From assembly GCA_048882385.1 (NCBI GenBank), contig JBHLRQ010000005.1:1-62220 (forward strand): a DNA stretch of 62,220 bases, read 5' to 3'. The notes beneath the pieces were generated by a model. The model saw nothing but the letters and a program-made list of their open reading frames with translations, was not told where the DNA came from and searched no databases. This DNA comes from Candidatus Thorarchaeota archaeon. Lineage in GTDB: Archaea > Asgardarchaeota > Thorarchaeia > Thorarchaeales > Thorarchaeaceae. Shown one piece after another: positions 46,861 through 57,291 of the stretch (within the stretch, counting starts at the first letter, position 1; each line of letters starts with the position of its first letter). The position numbers were made by a program, and so were the translations under genes.

Positions 46861-48572
46861 CTCTTTCTGATCTTATTGTTTTACTCAGACAGGACTTGGC
46901 TCAGAGTTTCAGAGTTACGAAAGTAAAAGGTAAAAGAACTGAAAAGAAGAGTCTGTTTCGTCGTCTTCTCTATCCTATAGCTGCAATTCTCATCGGTTTC
47001 ATCATCGTTTGGGGCGTAATTGCTATCACACCCTTGATTGGATGGAATACAATTGCTCTTCTTCTCTATCAAAGTATAGACGCTGGTGCAACCCTGTTCA
47101 ATTTCCTCTTAATCTTCTCATTTATTGGTTCAATCATGATTAGTGCAACCACTGTTGGTAACTCATCAAGAATGGAGTATCTCATGACAATGCCTATCTC
47201 CCTCAGAACGTTGTTTTTGGAGAAGATGATTGTTGTCATCATCTACAACTCCTTAGTTTGGCTCATCATTGGAACTCCTATTTTCATTGGGTTAAGCATC
47301 ACATCAACAGCTTACTTGGCATTCTTCTCCATTCCTACATTCATTTTCATGATGCTTGTCTTGACCACTCTTGGAGTATCAATGGGAGGTCTCATGGGAC
47401 TTTTCTTCTCGCGTCTGCTTGCTGGTCGGCGTCGTCTCAAAAATATAGGCTGGTTTGTTGGAACCACTGCAACAATTCTTGCTGGTGCGGTGTACTATTT
47501 TACCATAATCAGTTCTGATGGATTCGGGCAGATATTCGATTTCATTTTTGAGATTGCAGCGGCTCTAGGATTTTCTTCTGGTATAAGTCCTGGTTATGCA
47601 ACAAGTGCAATAACTCTTGGATTATTGGTTGGAGCTCCACTTCAAACATCCGATGTTTTATTGACAATTATCTTCATAGTCCTTGGACTTGTGCTGTTAA
47701 ATCTGAACGCCACAGTCAGTGAGAAAGCCCACTATAATGGATGGCTTGCCAGTGGGTCAAAGAGATCATCAAAGAACGCTGTACCAATATCGCATGGTAA
47801 ATGGGATCCTCAACCAATTCCTAGGATTAAATTCAACACCACAATCAGTGTATCAATCTGGTATAATCTTGCCAACATCCGTCGAGAAGGAAGAGTTCTT
47901 GCCCAATATCTTGTTGGTCCGGTGCGAATGTCAATTTTCTTCATCTTTCCAATGTTTACACTTGGAGAGGATTTCTTTTTCCTCACTCCATTATTAATTG
48001 TCTATGTGCTTGTGCCATTTGCGATATCCTATGGTGTATACTTTGCTGGATATGAGACAGTCTATGAGGGTAGAAATCTCATGAACCTTCAATTATCACA
48101 GTTGAGCATGAATGACTATATCCTTGGGAAAGTCTATAGTGCTGTACCATTCGCAGTAGTAGTCAGTGTTGTAATCTCAATTATTGCCGCAGTACTGTTT
48201 CCAAGTTTTCTAATCTATGTTCCAGCAATAATTCTCTCTGCTGCATTCATCAACTTGGCGGCTGGTGGAATTGCAGCAAATGCAGCAGCTATTGGGGGCG
48301 ATTTCAGAGCCGAGCGGATGATAACACGGCAGAGAGGTTCTGCAGTACAGATGCCTATCCGAGGTTGGTCGATGTTGCGCGCACAAATGATCCCGTATCT
48401 AATTGGTTTTGGGGGGCTCTCAGCCATCTTGGGCATAGGCACCTTCTTGGGTCCTCTATATTCCTACGCTGCTTTGTTGGTTTTCGGATTGCTCTCAATC
48501 AGAATCGCCAAGCACTATGCTCAGAGTGCTGGGCGCAGGTTGTCTCAGATTGAAGCTTCAGAGTATCTCTGA
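46857..48572 (+). CDS. ABC-2 type permease (double-length)
   Basis: More than ten TM segments; 4-bp overlap with the ABC ATPase. Confidence 0.82.
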   Translation: MTLSDLIVLLRQDLAQSFRVTKVKGKRTEKKSLFRRLLYPIAAILIGFIIVWGVIAITPLIGWNTIALLLYQSIDAGATLFNFLLIFSFIGSIMISATTVGNSSRMEYLMTMPISLRTLFLEKMIVVIIYNSLVWLIIGTPIFIGLSITSTAYLAFFSIPTFIFMMLVLTTLGVSMGGLMGLFFSRLLAGRRRLKNIGWFVGTTATILAGAVYYFTIISSDGFGQIFDFIFEIAAALGFSSGISPGYATSAITLGLLVGAPLQTSDVLLTIIFIVLGLVLLNLNATVSEKAHYNGWLASGSKRSSKNAVPISHGKWDPQPIPRIKFNTTISVSIWYNLANIRREGRVLAQYLVGPVRMSIFFIFPMFTLGEDFFFLTPLLIVYVLVPFAISYGVYFAGYETVYEGRNLMNLQLSQLSMNDYILGKVYSAVPFAVVVSVVISIIAAVLFPSFLIYVPAIILSAAFINLAAGGIAANAAAIGGDFRAERMITRQRGSAVQMPIRGWSMLRAQMIPYLIGFGGLSAILGIGTFLGPLYSYAALLVFGLLSIRIAKHYAQSAGRRLSQIEASEYL

Positions 48573-48576
48573 TTGT

Positions 48577-49296
48577 CTAAAGCTTAAGGTCACCTATGAC
48601 CTTTGCAGGTGGCAATAGCATATCACAGTCAAAGTATTGACCTATCATCGGAGTTTCAATCTTGACTGCACTCAGATCATCCCGAGGCCCACCATTGATC
48701 TCAATCTTGACATCTCCCGATCGCCCGTTCTTTATTGTATACTCAAGATAGGCTGCTGTCAGTACTGCTAAATCGTATCCCTCATTCGATGGACTTGGAA
48801 TGACCTTTGCATTGACATTGGGTCCACTATCAATCCACGCTCCCTCATCTACCATCTTACAACTAGCTTTGTATATCGTGGTCTTATCTCTCACAACTTT
48901 GCCTGTAATTGTATCGTTTCTCCAATTCAATGAGATTTTAGCCAGTTTTCTTGGATACCCCCATATCTCACGACCCGATGTCACTGCAACATCAGTATCA
49001 GCATAATTTAACGCGAAAAATACTCCAACCTCTTCCTCTTCTGTTTCTGGATTGTCAAATATACACTGTACCAACAAAGCAGACTCCATGAAGGTACCCG
49101 TTTCATTACAGGGCATCTCTCCAAACATCAGCGCAGCCAGCGGCATCTGGGATGGTCGTAATGGGGGTGGCAATAGGTCTTGGATCGCATCTTCAGGTGG
49201 ATTGAACATCGCCAAGAAGAGCCTAGAGTCAACATAGTGGTAGGGTGGTCTTGGGTATGTTGGTGACAATAGTGGTGAACTCTCTCCTTTTGTCAT
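48577..49296 (-). CDS. Acetoacetate decarboxylase family protein
   Basis: PPYHY, GREIWGYPRKLA Schiff-base motif. Confidence 0.85.
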   Translation of the reverse strand: MTKGESSPLLSPTYPRPPYHYVDSRLFLAMFNPPEDAIQDLLPPPLRPSQMPLAALMFGEMPCNETGTFMESALLVQCIFDNPETEEEEVGVFFALNYADTDVAVTSGREIWGYPRKLAKISLNWRNDTITGKVVRDKTTIYKASCKMVDEGAWIDSGPNVNAKVIPSPSNEGYDLAVLTAAYLEYTIKNGRSGDVKIEINGGPRDDLSAVKIETPMIGQYFDCDMLLPPAKVIGDLKL

Positions 49297-49349
49297 AATA
49301 TATCAACTACCCCCTGTGTGAAACCTGATTATTGAATCTGTCGTGACCA

Positions 49350-50228
49350 TCAAAGATTTACCTTCTTGAAAATGAATGGCCAAACAAATATTCCCACAAC
49401 CGTAGCTATGAGATATCGTGTCATTCTCAACCAAATTTCTTCAGATGGAAGAAGTGGTGAGAGCCCCAGAATAAGACCAACAACTAGTATCAAGCCAATG
49501 ATAGTACGAAGTACAAGTCGCCAATTTTGCCCTTCATGTGGTTCTACCGAGAAGTTCACAAATCTCATTTCTAATATGAGTCCGAGAGCAAGACCAATCG
49601 TCATTCCACCATATGAACCAAAGTTGTCATTTGGCGGTGGAGGAAGCATTGATCCAACCAGAGTCATAAGAAATCCGAGAATTGCTAACACAACTAGTAG
49701 ATACTCAGTCTTGTATCGCGAGAGGTATTCTCTCAATGGGCTTTCGAGGTAGACAAAAACAATCACTGTAACGATTCCAATTCCCCATCCAAGTAATACA
49801 TCACCTAGAAAATGAACACCTATGTAAATTCGCGAGATTCCAATTAGAATTGTGAGTATGGTTGCAATGAGTGCCATCCACCATGTCTTCGTTTTAGCTG
49901 TAATCCACCCATAGAGTGTTGCAGAATTCTGAGCATGTGCACTTGGAGTACTATAGTTTGGAGCCTCTGCACCTGGTATCCAATTACTAGCTGGAGGTCT
50001 ATCACTTGCAATCATGTACTTTAACCAATAGTTCGATAGGACTGATGTAACGAGAACATATGTTGCAAGTATAGCCTGTTTCTTGTTATACACCCAGAAT
50101 CCAACAAGTAACAAACCAATAAAGAGTAGTTCGCCACCAATTTGAGATATCAGGAGGAACAAGTCTCCTAAACCTGGAAGTGTATTTCTTAGCACGTCTG
50201 TGATTCCTGGATCAAATAGCAATCTCAC
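49350..50228 (-). CDS. PAP2-family membrane phosphatase
   Basis: K-x6-RP, PSAH, SRIYIGVHFLGDV. Confidence 0.9.
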   Translation of the reverse strand: MRLLFDPGITDVLRNTLPGLGDLFLLISQIGGELLFIGLLLVGFWVYNKKQAILATYVLVTSVLSNYWLKYMIASDRPPASNWIPGAEAPNYSTPSAHAQNSATLYGWITAKTKTWWMALIATILTILIGISRIYIGVHFLGDVLLGWGIGIVTVIVFVYLESPLREYLSRYKTEYLLVVLAILGFLMTLVGSMLPPPPNDNFGSYGGMTIGLALGLILEMRFVNFSVEPHEGQNWRLVLRTIIGLILVVGLILGLSPLLPSEEIWLRMTRYLIATVVGIFVWPFIFKKVNL

Positions 50229-50346
50229 TTTTTCTCCTTATGTTAGAAGGAAAACTGGAATGTCTTCGTGGGAAAAAAATCTACTTGTTCAATGACAAAA
50301 CCTTATAGTGCCGCTCAGAATCTCACTACTCTGCGGTGGCACTCTT

Positions 50347-51849
50347 ATGGTCCTTGAGAACTTAGAGCCCAAACTTGTTTGGGAGATATTTGAAGAAGTC
50401 TTCACCAAGACTCCACGTGAGTCCAAAAAAGAAGACAAGATTCGAGAGAAACTGAAGAACTGGATACCCGAGCGTGCAAAAGCGCTAGGAATGGACATTC
50501 AAATAATCGAAGATGATGCTGGAAATCTCCTCGTAAAGAAAGGTTCTACAAAAGGAATGGAGTCCGTGCAATCTCTCCTTTTACAAGGACATATGGATAT
50601 GGTCTGCGAAACCGATAGACCTGATGGATTCGACTTTGATAATAATCCAATACCTGTCCGGATTCAGGACAATGGCGAATGGGTAGATGCTGATGGAACC
50701 ACACTCGGTGCAGACAATGGAATTGGGACTTCCCTTGGTCTTGCTCTAATGCTTGACTCAACTGTTCAACACGGACCACTCGAACTGCTTATCACAGTGG
50801 ATGAGGAAACTGGACTTGTTGGTGCTTTTGCTCTAGATCCCAGAAAGATGGGTATAAAGAGTAAACTCATGATTAACATTGATTCTGAAAAGATGGGAGT
50901 AATCACGATTGGTTCTGCAGGAGGTGGGGATACCACGCTCAGCAAGAATTTACAGATCAAGGATGTCACTGGAGAAGCTACATTCTATGAACTGACAGTT
51001 TCAGGTCTTTTTGGAGGTCACTCGGGAATAGATATTGACAAGCAGCGCGCCAATGCGAATAAACTAGTCGCTCGAACACTCACGACTATAGTTAATGAAA
51101 TGAATGTTCACCTATGTCGTTGGAATGGAGGGAGCAAACACAATGCGATACCACGTGAAGCAAATGTCAAATTTGCAGTTGAAACAGGGAAAGCATCTCG
51201 AACAGAAGAGCTCCTCGAAGCAGCTCGAGAACATCTCATGACATACTATAAGGAACTGGAGCCTGATATTCAGATTATATGGGAGAAATCAACTGCAGAG
51301 CCAGCGTTCTCACTAGAAGAATCCAACAAGATAATCCAGTCAATCAACATCATTCCTCATGGACCAATAAGATTTTCACCGAGCGTTGAAGGTCTTGTTG
51401 AAACCTCAAACAATATGGCTGTTGTCAAGACTGACCAGGCTGAAATCTCAGTTCTTCTCTCCACAAGAAGCAGTGTCGACTCTGAACTTGATGCTTTCAG
51501 ACAGAGTCTCTCTGATATAGCGAAACTGAGCAGCTGGAGTGCGGAAATGAGCACATCCTATCCTGGATGGAACCCTGAACCAAAGAGTCTGTTTCTTTCG
51601 TTTGTAAGGTCTCATTTCGAGAAGACGACTGGAAGAAAGGTTGAAGTAAAGGCAATTCATGCAGGACTCGAGTGTGGTATAATTGGTTCAAAGATACCTG
51701 GGATTCAAATGGTTTCAATTGGACCAATGCTAAAGAATGCGCATACACCAGATGAAAAAGTTCAGATCATAGATGTTGAGATTCTCTATAATCTTCTGAA
51801 GGAAATCGTCGAGGACCTTCCGAAACTAAAGAAGCTTGTACTCAGGTGA
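50347..51849 (+). CDS. pepD: Aminoacyl-histidine dipeptidase (M20C)
   Basis: QGHMDMV, TLGADNGIG, DEETG, NIDSE, GGHSG, HAGLEC, HTPDE. Confidence 0.92.
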   Translation: MVLENLEPKLVWEIFEEVFTKTPRESKKEDKIREKLKNWIPERAKALGMDIQIIEDDAGNLLVKKGSTKGMESVQSLLLQGHMDMVCETDRPDGFDFDNNPIPVRIQDNGEWVDADGTTLGADNGIGTSLGLALMLDSTVQHGPLELLITVDEETGLVGAFALDPRKMGIKSKLMINIDSEKMGVITIGSAGGGDTTLSKNLQIKDVTGEATFYELTVSGLFGGHSGIDIDKQRANANKLVARTLTTIVNEMNVHLCRWNGGSKHNAIPREANVKFAVETGKASRTEELLEAAREHLMTYYKELEPDIQIIWEKSTAEPAFSLEESNKIIQSINIIPHGPIRFSPSVEGLVETSNNMAVVKTDQAEISVLLSTRSSVDSELDAFRQSLSDIAKLSSWSAEMSTSYPGWNPEPKSLFLSFVRSHFEKTTGRKVEVKAIHAGLECGIIGSKIPGIQMVSIGPMLKNAHTPDEKVQIIDVEILYNLLKEIVEDLPKLKKLVLR

Positions 51850-53662
51850 GATTCAACAATCCAAGTTTCTCTAGTTTATCATTCGGTGGATGTCCAGACT
51901 TTCTGTCCCAACCTCGGTATTCATACCAGGTTTTTAGCTGAGTCTCAATATCAGGAACGTGTCCTTCTGTAGCACCTTCCATAGGTCGCAATACGAGTTC
52001 TGGAAGTCCTTCGTTCTTGGGGTCATAGCCAAGCTTGAGGTTGAGAAGTCTCATCATGGTGAAGATTCTCTCACCTGTTTGAACCAGTTCCTCGATTGTA
52101 ATATTCCAACCAGTTGCCAATTGAATCAATTTTAGGAGTTGGTCACCATCTGCTGGATAGAAGTTGCACATTACAGATGAATTTGTCAATGCTCGAAAGT
52201 TTTGCAGTCTAGCAACCAGCTCTGCTTCATTGGCAAATCTATCCTCGCTCTCTATGTTGAACGCTTCATTTGGTTGCCCCATTTGCACGTTGTACATGTC
52301 CGCTGACATATGGCATGCTCCACGTGGAGAAGTTGCATAGCCTATGGCATGTCCTGAGAAACCTCTTGGATCATGCATAGGCAACTCAAGACCATTCACA
52401 TGAACAGCAAGATTGGAAACACCAAACTTCTCTCCGAATTGAGCTGCTCCTTCTGCCATTAGATCTCCAATGCCCTCTCGGTTGGCTATCTTCTCAGCGA
52501 GGACTATCGCTGATTCAACTTCTCCCCACTCTGGAGTAATACCATCAATGTCATCCTTTGAAATCTTACCCTCTTTGAATAGATAGTATGCAAAGGCTAT
52601 TGTATTTCCACCAGAGATTGTATCTATTCCAAGCATGTTGAGTATCTTGTTTGCATATGCAACAGCTTCCACGTTGTTATTGAGAATTAGAGATCCCATA
52701 GTTCCAGTTACTTCGAGTTCTGGTCCTGCATAGCTTTCCATTTTGTATTTGCCTTGAGGAATCTCTATCACTCGTCCACAACCAATAGGACATCGATAAC
52801 ATGCGGATTTCCCAGTTAGAATGGTTTCCCGTACAGTAGTCCCACTTAGATTATATGTGTCAAAATCCGGGACTATATAATAACCCGCAGGTAGTGACCC
52901 CCACATCATACTTGCCATATCTGTGAACCCTGCAGTACCTAGGTCAGAATACATGCGAAATGTGGGATCCTCAGTCTTATCCTCATTCAGTTCTGATGCA
53001 TATTCACGCATACCTTCCGCATCTGCAACAGGAACCTTTCGATCAGAACCGTGGATTACAATAGCTTTCAATTTTTTAGAACCCATTACAGCTCCTTGTC
53101 CTGTGCGTCCAGCAGCTCTGTGATGGTCCACAATTATACTGGCATATTTGACAAGATTCTCACCTGCAACACCAATCCTAGCTATCCCCGCATTCCTATG
53201 ATCTGTTTCTTTCTTCAGAATCTCCCAGACTTCTATTGTGTCCTTTCCCCAAAGATGGCTGGCATCTCTGATTTCGACATCCGAGTTCTCAATGAGGAGG
53301 TATGATGGTTTCTTAGCTGCTCCACTTATGATAATACCATCATATCCTGCGAACTTCAAGTCTGCTCCTAAGTGGCCTCCAACTGTACTGTACCCAAAGA
53401 TTCCTGTCTTTGGAGATTTAGAACAGAATGTTGACTTACTGCCTGTTGGTGCCATTGTGCCGCAGAGCGGACCAGTGAGATACAGCAGTGGATTATCCGG
53501 TCCGAGTGGGTCAGTGTCCTTGTCAATCATGTCATACAACAAGCGTGCGCCTAGTCCTGCTCCTCCAATGAAACTCTTTAGGAGACCTTCATCGAGAGAT
53601 GTGACAGATGTTGAACCTGCACTCAAGTCAACTCTTAGTATCTTTCCTCGGTAGCCATTCAA
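51842..53662 (-). CDS. aor: Tungsten-type aldehyde:ferredoxin oxidoreductase
   Basis: ILRVDL, GGAGLG, AAGRTGQGAVMGSKKLK, CYRCPIGC, DTIS, HDPR, RGACH. Confidence 0.92.
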   Translation of the reverse strand: MNGYRGKILRVDLSAGSTSVTSLDEGLLKSFIGGAGLGARLLYDMIDKDTDPLGPDNPLLYLTGPLCGTMAPTGSKSTFCSKSPKTGIFGYSTVGGHLGADLKFAGYDGIIISGAAKKPSYLLIENSDVEIRDASHLWGKDTIEVWEILKKETDHRNAGIARIGVAGENLVKYASIIVDHHRAAGRTGQGAVMGSKKLKAIVIHGSDRKVPVADAEGMREYASELNEDKTEDPTFRMYSDLGTAGFTDMASMMWGSLPAGYYIVPDFDTYNLSGTTVRETILTGKSACYRCPIGCGRVIEIPQGKYKMESYAGPELEVTGTMGSLILNNNVEAVAYANKILNMLGIDTISGGNTIAFAYYLFKEGKISKDDIDGITPEWGEVESAIVLAEKIANREGIGDLMAEGAAQFGEKFGVSNLAVHVNGLELPMHDPRGFSGHAIGYATSPRGACHMSADMYNVQMGQPNEAFNIESEDRFANEAELVARLQNFRALTNSSVMCNFYPADGDQLLKLIQLATGWNITIEELVQTGERIFTMMRLLNLKLGYDPKNEGLPELVLRPMEGATEGHVPDIETQLKTWYEYRGWDRKSGHPPNDKLEKLGLLNLT

Positions 53663-53674
53663 TCTGATTCCCTC

Positions 53675-54862
53675 CTAGAAATCGATAATTGTTCCGTCAT
53701 ACATGTATTTGTAGATCCTACGAATCTCTTCACTGTCGAGGTTTCTTGGATTCATGGTTAGACTTGTATCCATCATCGCGAAATCAACCAAGGTATCTAG
53801 AGCTGCATTGAAGTCTTTCTTCTTGATGCCTGCCTCTTTGAAACTCTGAGGGCATCCAATCTTTGCCATAAATTCACGTATTGCATCTGCAAATTTTAGA
53901 GATACAGTTTCAGGTTTCTTCCCTGCTATGCCAATCATTCGTGCCAGCTCCATGTATAGCTTCGCTGTTTCTTCATTCTCCTTACCTCTACAGTTGAACT
54001 CGATTGTGTAAGGCAGGGCCATTCCTACAGACATCCCATGTTGAGTCCTAAGCACTGAACCTACGCTGTGACCAAGTGAATGAGCAAGTGCTGCTTGTGA
54101 GTTACCAAAGGACATGCCAGCAAGACAAGCAGCAATTTGCATCTTTTCTCTAGCCTCAAAATCAGAGAGATCATCAAGAGATTTGGGTAGCCACTCAAAG
54201 ATCATTTTTACTGCTTTCAATGAGCACCCGTCTGAGAAGTCGTTCTTCCATACACAGACATACCCTTCCACAGCATGAGTGAGTGCATCCATAGCAGTAT
54301 ATACAGTCATCTCCTTAGGTAACCCCACAACAAATTCAGGATCTAAGATTGCCATATCTGGATGCAATTCCCTATTTATAGTCCCAAACTTTCTTCCAGT
54401 TTCATCCTCGCGTATGACAATTGCCTTTGTCGCTTCTGAACCGGTACCCGTGGTTGTTGGAATACATACTAACTTTGCTTTTGCACGCAGACCTAGTACA
54501 TCAAATGGAGTCAGAGCAGGTAGTTCAATATTCGGATTCTCATATAGTATCCAAGAAGCTTTTGCTGTGTCCATGACACTACCTCCACCAACGGCAATAA
54601 TCCAATCTGCTCCGAACCTCTTTATTGCCTCCGCCGCAGACTTTACAGTAGAAATCTTTGGGTCGGGTTCAACACCATCCCATATCGCCACTTCCCACTG
54701 ACGCTCTATCAATATTGAACAGACCTTTTCAGCTAGACCAAGACTGTTGATTATCTTGTCAGTCACAATGAAGGCTTTCTTTCCTTCAATCGTTTCAAGC
54801 TCAGATAGAGCATCTTCACCAAACACAATGTTTGGTGTGTAAAACCACCAGACCATTCCCAT
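53675..54862 (-). CDS. Iron-containing alcohol dehydrogenase
   Basis: GGGSVMD, PTTTGTGSE, DALTHAVE, HSLGH, HG. Confidence 0.92.
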   Translation of the reverse strand: MGMVWWFYTPNIVFGEDALSELETIEGKKAFIVTDKIINSLGLAEKVCSILIERQWEVAIWDGVEPDPKISTVKSAAEAIKRFGADWIIAVGGGSVMDTAKASWILYENPNIELPALTPFDVLGLRAKAKLVCIPTTTGTGSEATKAIVIREDETGRKFGTINRELHPDMAILDPEFVVGLPKEMTVYTAMDALTHAVEGYVCVWKNDFSDGCSLKAVKMIFEWLPKSLDDLSDFEAREKMQIAACLAGMSFGNSQAALAHSLGHSVGSVLRTQHGMSVGMALPYTIEFNCRGKENEETAKLYMELARMIGIAGKKPETVSLKFADAIREFMAKIGCPQSFKEAGIKKKDFNAALDTLVDFAMMDTSLTMNPRNLDSEEIRRIYKYMYDGTIIDF

Positions 54863-54932
54863 CTCTCCTCGGAATATTATCTACTTCCACACAATAGGAA
54901 CGGGCCCCTTTATTTCCTCGCACTAACAGTTC

Positions 54933-56042
54933 TCAATCCTTAGAAACGAAATTTGGAACTTTACCGAGAATATCTGATGCCTCGATTATTATTCCTTCAA
55001 TGAGTTCAGATGTCGAGGGCAGGTTTCTGATACGACCAGCCACCTCTCCACCAAACATTAGCGCAGTATCCTTTTTCTCATCCATGAGGTCTACAAAACC
55101 AGTCCTTTCAAGATCCAAAATCTTCTCATTTGAGTCGAGTGGCTCCCCAAGATAGAAGTTTGGAAGGTCTTTCAAGGTCTGTTCAACAATCTCCTCTGCT
55201 CTTCTGTTTCTCAGGAACCTCATTGGACCAAAAAGACCCCTGCCAACAAGTGTTTGGCGTTCTTCTCTTTCCAAGATGGATTGTTTCCACATAGGCTCGA
55301 AGTCGCTCTCCTTTGTGGCGATGAATCGTGTCCCCATCTGAATACCTACCGCACCCAGACAAAGAGCTGCTGCAAGTGTTGAGCCATCACAAAATCCGCC
55401 AGCACCGACCACTGGAGTCTTCACAGCTTTTGCTACTTCTGGAACAAGTACCATTGAATGGACCGGATCCCAACTCACATGGGCTCCACCCTCATGACCT
55501 GAGGCTACAATTACATCTGCTCCTGCAGCTTCCGCCTTTTTAGCATGATACACTGAAGGAACAACGTGAATCCAAATTAATCCCTCATCCTTGAGAACTG
55601 ACCAAGGTTTTGGATTTCCTGCCGATGTTACAACGACTCGTAGTGAACGTTCAGTGTCTGAATTTGTTTTGCACGATTCTATTGTCTGTTCAACGAACAT
55701 CTTTGAGGCAAGAACGAACTCTGAAGCCACTGGTACATTTACTCCGAAGACTCCTCCTGATGTCCGGGTTCTTTTTGTGACCTCTTCGATTGATTTCTCG
55801 AGAATTACACTAGGTGGGTCTGAACCAAACAACCTCGCCGCATCAAGTGGGGCAGCTTCAGGTATGAGGGTAGCTGCCATTCCAATACAACTGATTATGC
55901 CCAAAGCACCAGCATTCGCTACAGCAATCGCCAAATCTTCAGTCTTATACGGTCCCATGCCGCCTTGAAGTATCGGATGTTTGATTCCAACTATGTCACA
56001 GAGTTCCGTGTGAATACGAGTCATATCCTCTGCTCCTACCAA
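54933..56042 (-). CDS. Nitronate monooxygenase / FabK-like FMN oxidoreductase
   Basis: PILQGGM, GHEGGAH, AGGF.DG, QMGTRF. Confidence 0.88.
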   Translation of the reverse strand: MVGAEDMTRIHTELCDIVGIKHPILQGGMGPYKTEDLAIAVANAGALGIISCIGMAATLIPEAAPLDAARLFGSDPPSVILEKSIEEVTKRTRTSGGVFGVNVPVASEFVLASKMFVEQTIESCKTNSDTERSLRVVVTSAGNPKPWSVLKDEGLIWIHVVPSVYHAKKAEAAGADVIVASGHEGGAHVSWDPVHSMVLVPEVAKAVKTPVVGAGGFCDGSTLAAALCLGAVGIQMGTRFIATKESDFEPMWKQSILEREERQTLVGRGLFGPMRFLRNRRAEEIVEQTLKDLPNFYLGEPLDSNEKILDLERTGFVDLMDEKKDTALMFGGEVAGRIRNLPSTSELIEGIIIEASDILGKVPNFVSKD

Positions 56043-56058
56043 TCTGTGATTTAAGTTT

Positions 56059-56484
56059 CTACTCGTCGAGATATTTCGTTGGAACCTGCCGTGTTGTGGC
56101 TACAAGTTCAAGGGCGGCTTTTGTATAACGCATGACCTTGCCCATATCGCCATCAAGTTTGAACTTTCGTGCCATAATTCCCTTTATTGGGTCGATCTTT
56201 CCTTCGAATAAGAGTTTCCAGTTTTTATAAGGTCCTGAATATGTGAACTCTGCAGTATCGCCTTCTTCCGCCATTCTTGCAGTCCTACATTTACCATGCC
56301 AGAGGTCCATGTAGAATCTGATTGGTTCTTCTATGGCTTCTCCATCAGCAGTGATTTCGAAGACAAAGTCTCCTTCCCAAGTCTTAGCAGCGTCTTCATA
56401 GCGGTCATTCTTATTCAAGAGTTCCATGTATAATTTGATCCACTCATCTGAGGGGAAAATGAGTTCGTCACCCATGATTGTCAT
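56059..56484 (-). CDS. SCP2 sterol/lipid-binding domain protein
   Basis: FPSDEW, WKLLFEGKIDPIKGIMARKFKLDGD. Confidence 0.85.
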   Translation of the reverse strand: MTIMGDELIFPSDEWIKLYMELLNKNDRYEDAAKTWEGDFVFEITADGEAIEEPIRFYMDLWHGKCRTARMAEEGDTAEFTYSGPYKNWKLLFEGKIDPIKGIMARKFKLDGDMGKVMRYTKAALELVATTRQVPTKYLDE

Positions 56485-56529
56485 CTCCGATAGTACTGCA
56501 CTAGGATTCGTGAGAGAAAAGCATTCCGA

Positions 56530-57195
56530 CTAAATCTTGAGTTCATTAAATTGGACAATAGGTAGTTCCATACTAGAGGCAATCTTGTACTGGAAGTGAA
56601 GTCTGCCTACAGTAGTAACCTCATGTGAATCACTTCCAAGCGAGAAGACACAGCCTGCAGATTTAGCCAGTGCAAAGAAGTCAGTGTTTTCAATCTTGTA
56701 TCTACCATTGAGTTCAACAGCAACATTCGCATCGCCAAGTGCTTCTACTACTATCTCCCCATCCTCCTCCATATACGAGGAGAGGTATCCATCCCAGTGT
56801 CCAAGAATCTGAAATTCCTTTTTCCGTGCTGCTTTTACAACAGCTGAAGCCCAATTTCTAGAATCGGTATACCAGTGAAATGATCCAATGATTAAATCAA
56901 ACTGTTCCAGACCACCGGCAACTGGAGCCAGTTCACCATTTGATTGAATGTCCACTTCTACACCATCGAGGATTGTAAGTTCTGGATAGTCTTCTCTACA
57001 GGTTAGTATCTCTTGACGTCTCTGTTCAATGAGATTCTTGCCACCATGTCGAGAACCCCTGGAAGGCCAGAAGTGGTCGGTTATTGCAACCGTCTTGAGT
57101 TCTAGAGATACCGCTCTTCGCACTATTTCATCTATACTAGACATACCATCTGAGTATCTAGAATGAATGTGCAAATCTTCAAGTCCATGAACCAT
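56530..57195 (-). CDS. PHP-domain phosphoesterase
   Basis: DLHIHS..SDG, ITDH, GVEVD, SFH, GSDSH. Confidence 0.9.
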   Translation of the reverse strand: MVHGLEDLHIHSRYSDGMSSIDEIVRRAVSLELKTVAITDHFWPSRGSRHGGKNLIEQRRQEILTCREDYPELTILDGVEVDIQSNGELAPVAGGLEQFDLIIGSFHWYTDSRNWASAVVKAARKKEFQILGHWDGYLSSYMEEDGEIVVEALGDANVAVELNGRYKIENTDFFALAKSAGCVFSLGSDSHEVTTVGRLHFQYKIASSMELPIVQFNELKI

Positions 57196-57291
57196 TTCAC
57201 TTTCTACGAATCATGAGTCAATTTAACTCAACCCCTCGAACAAAGACTATTGTTTTATGTTGGGTCTGAAGAAAGAAAATCTGTGTTTTAT

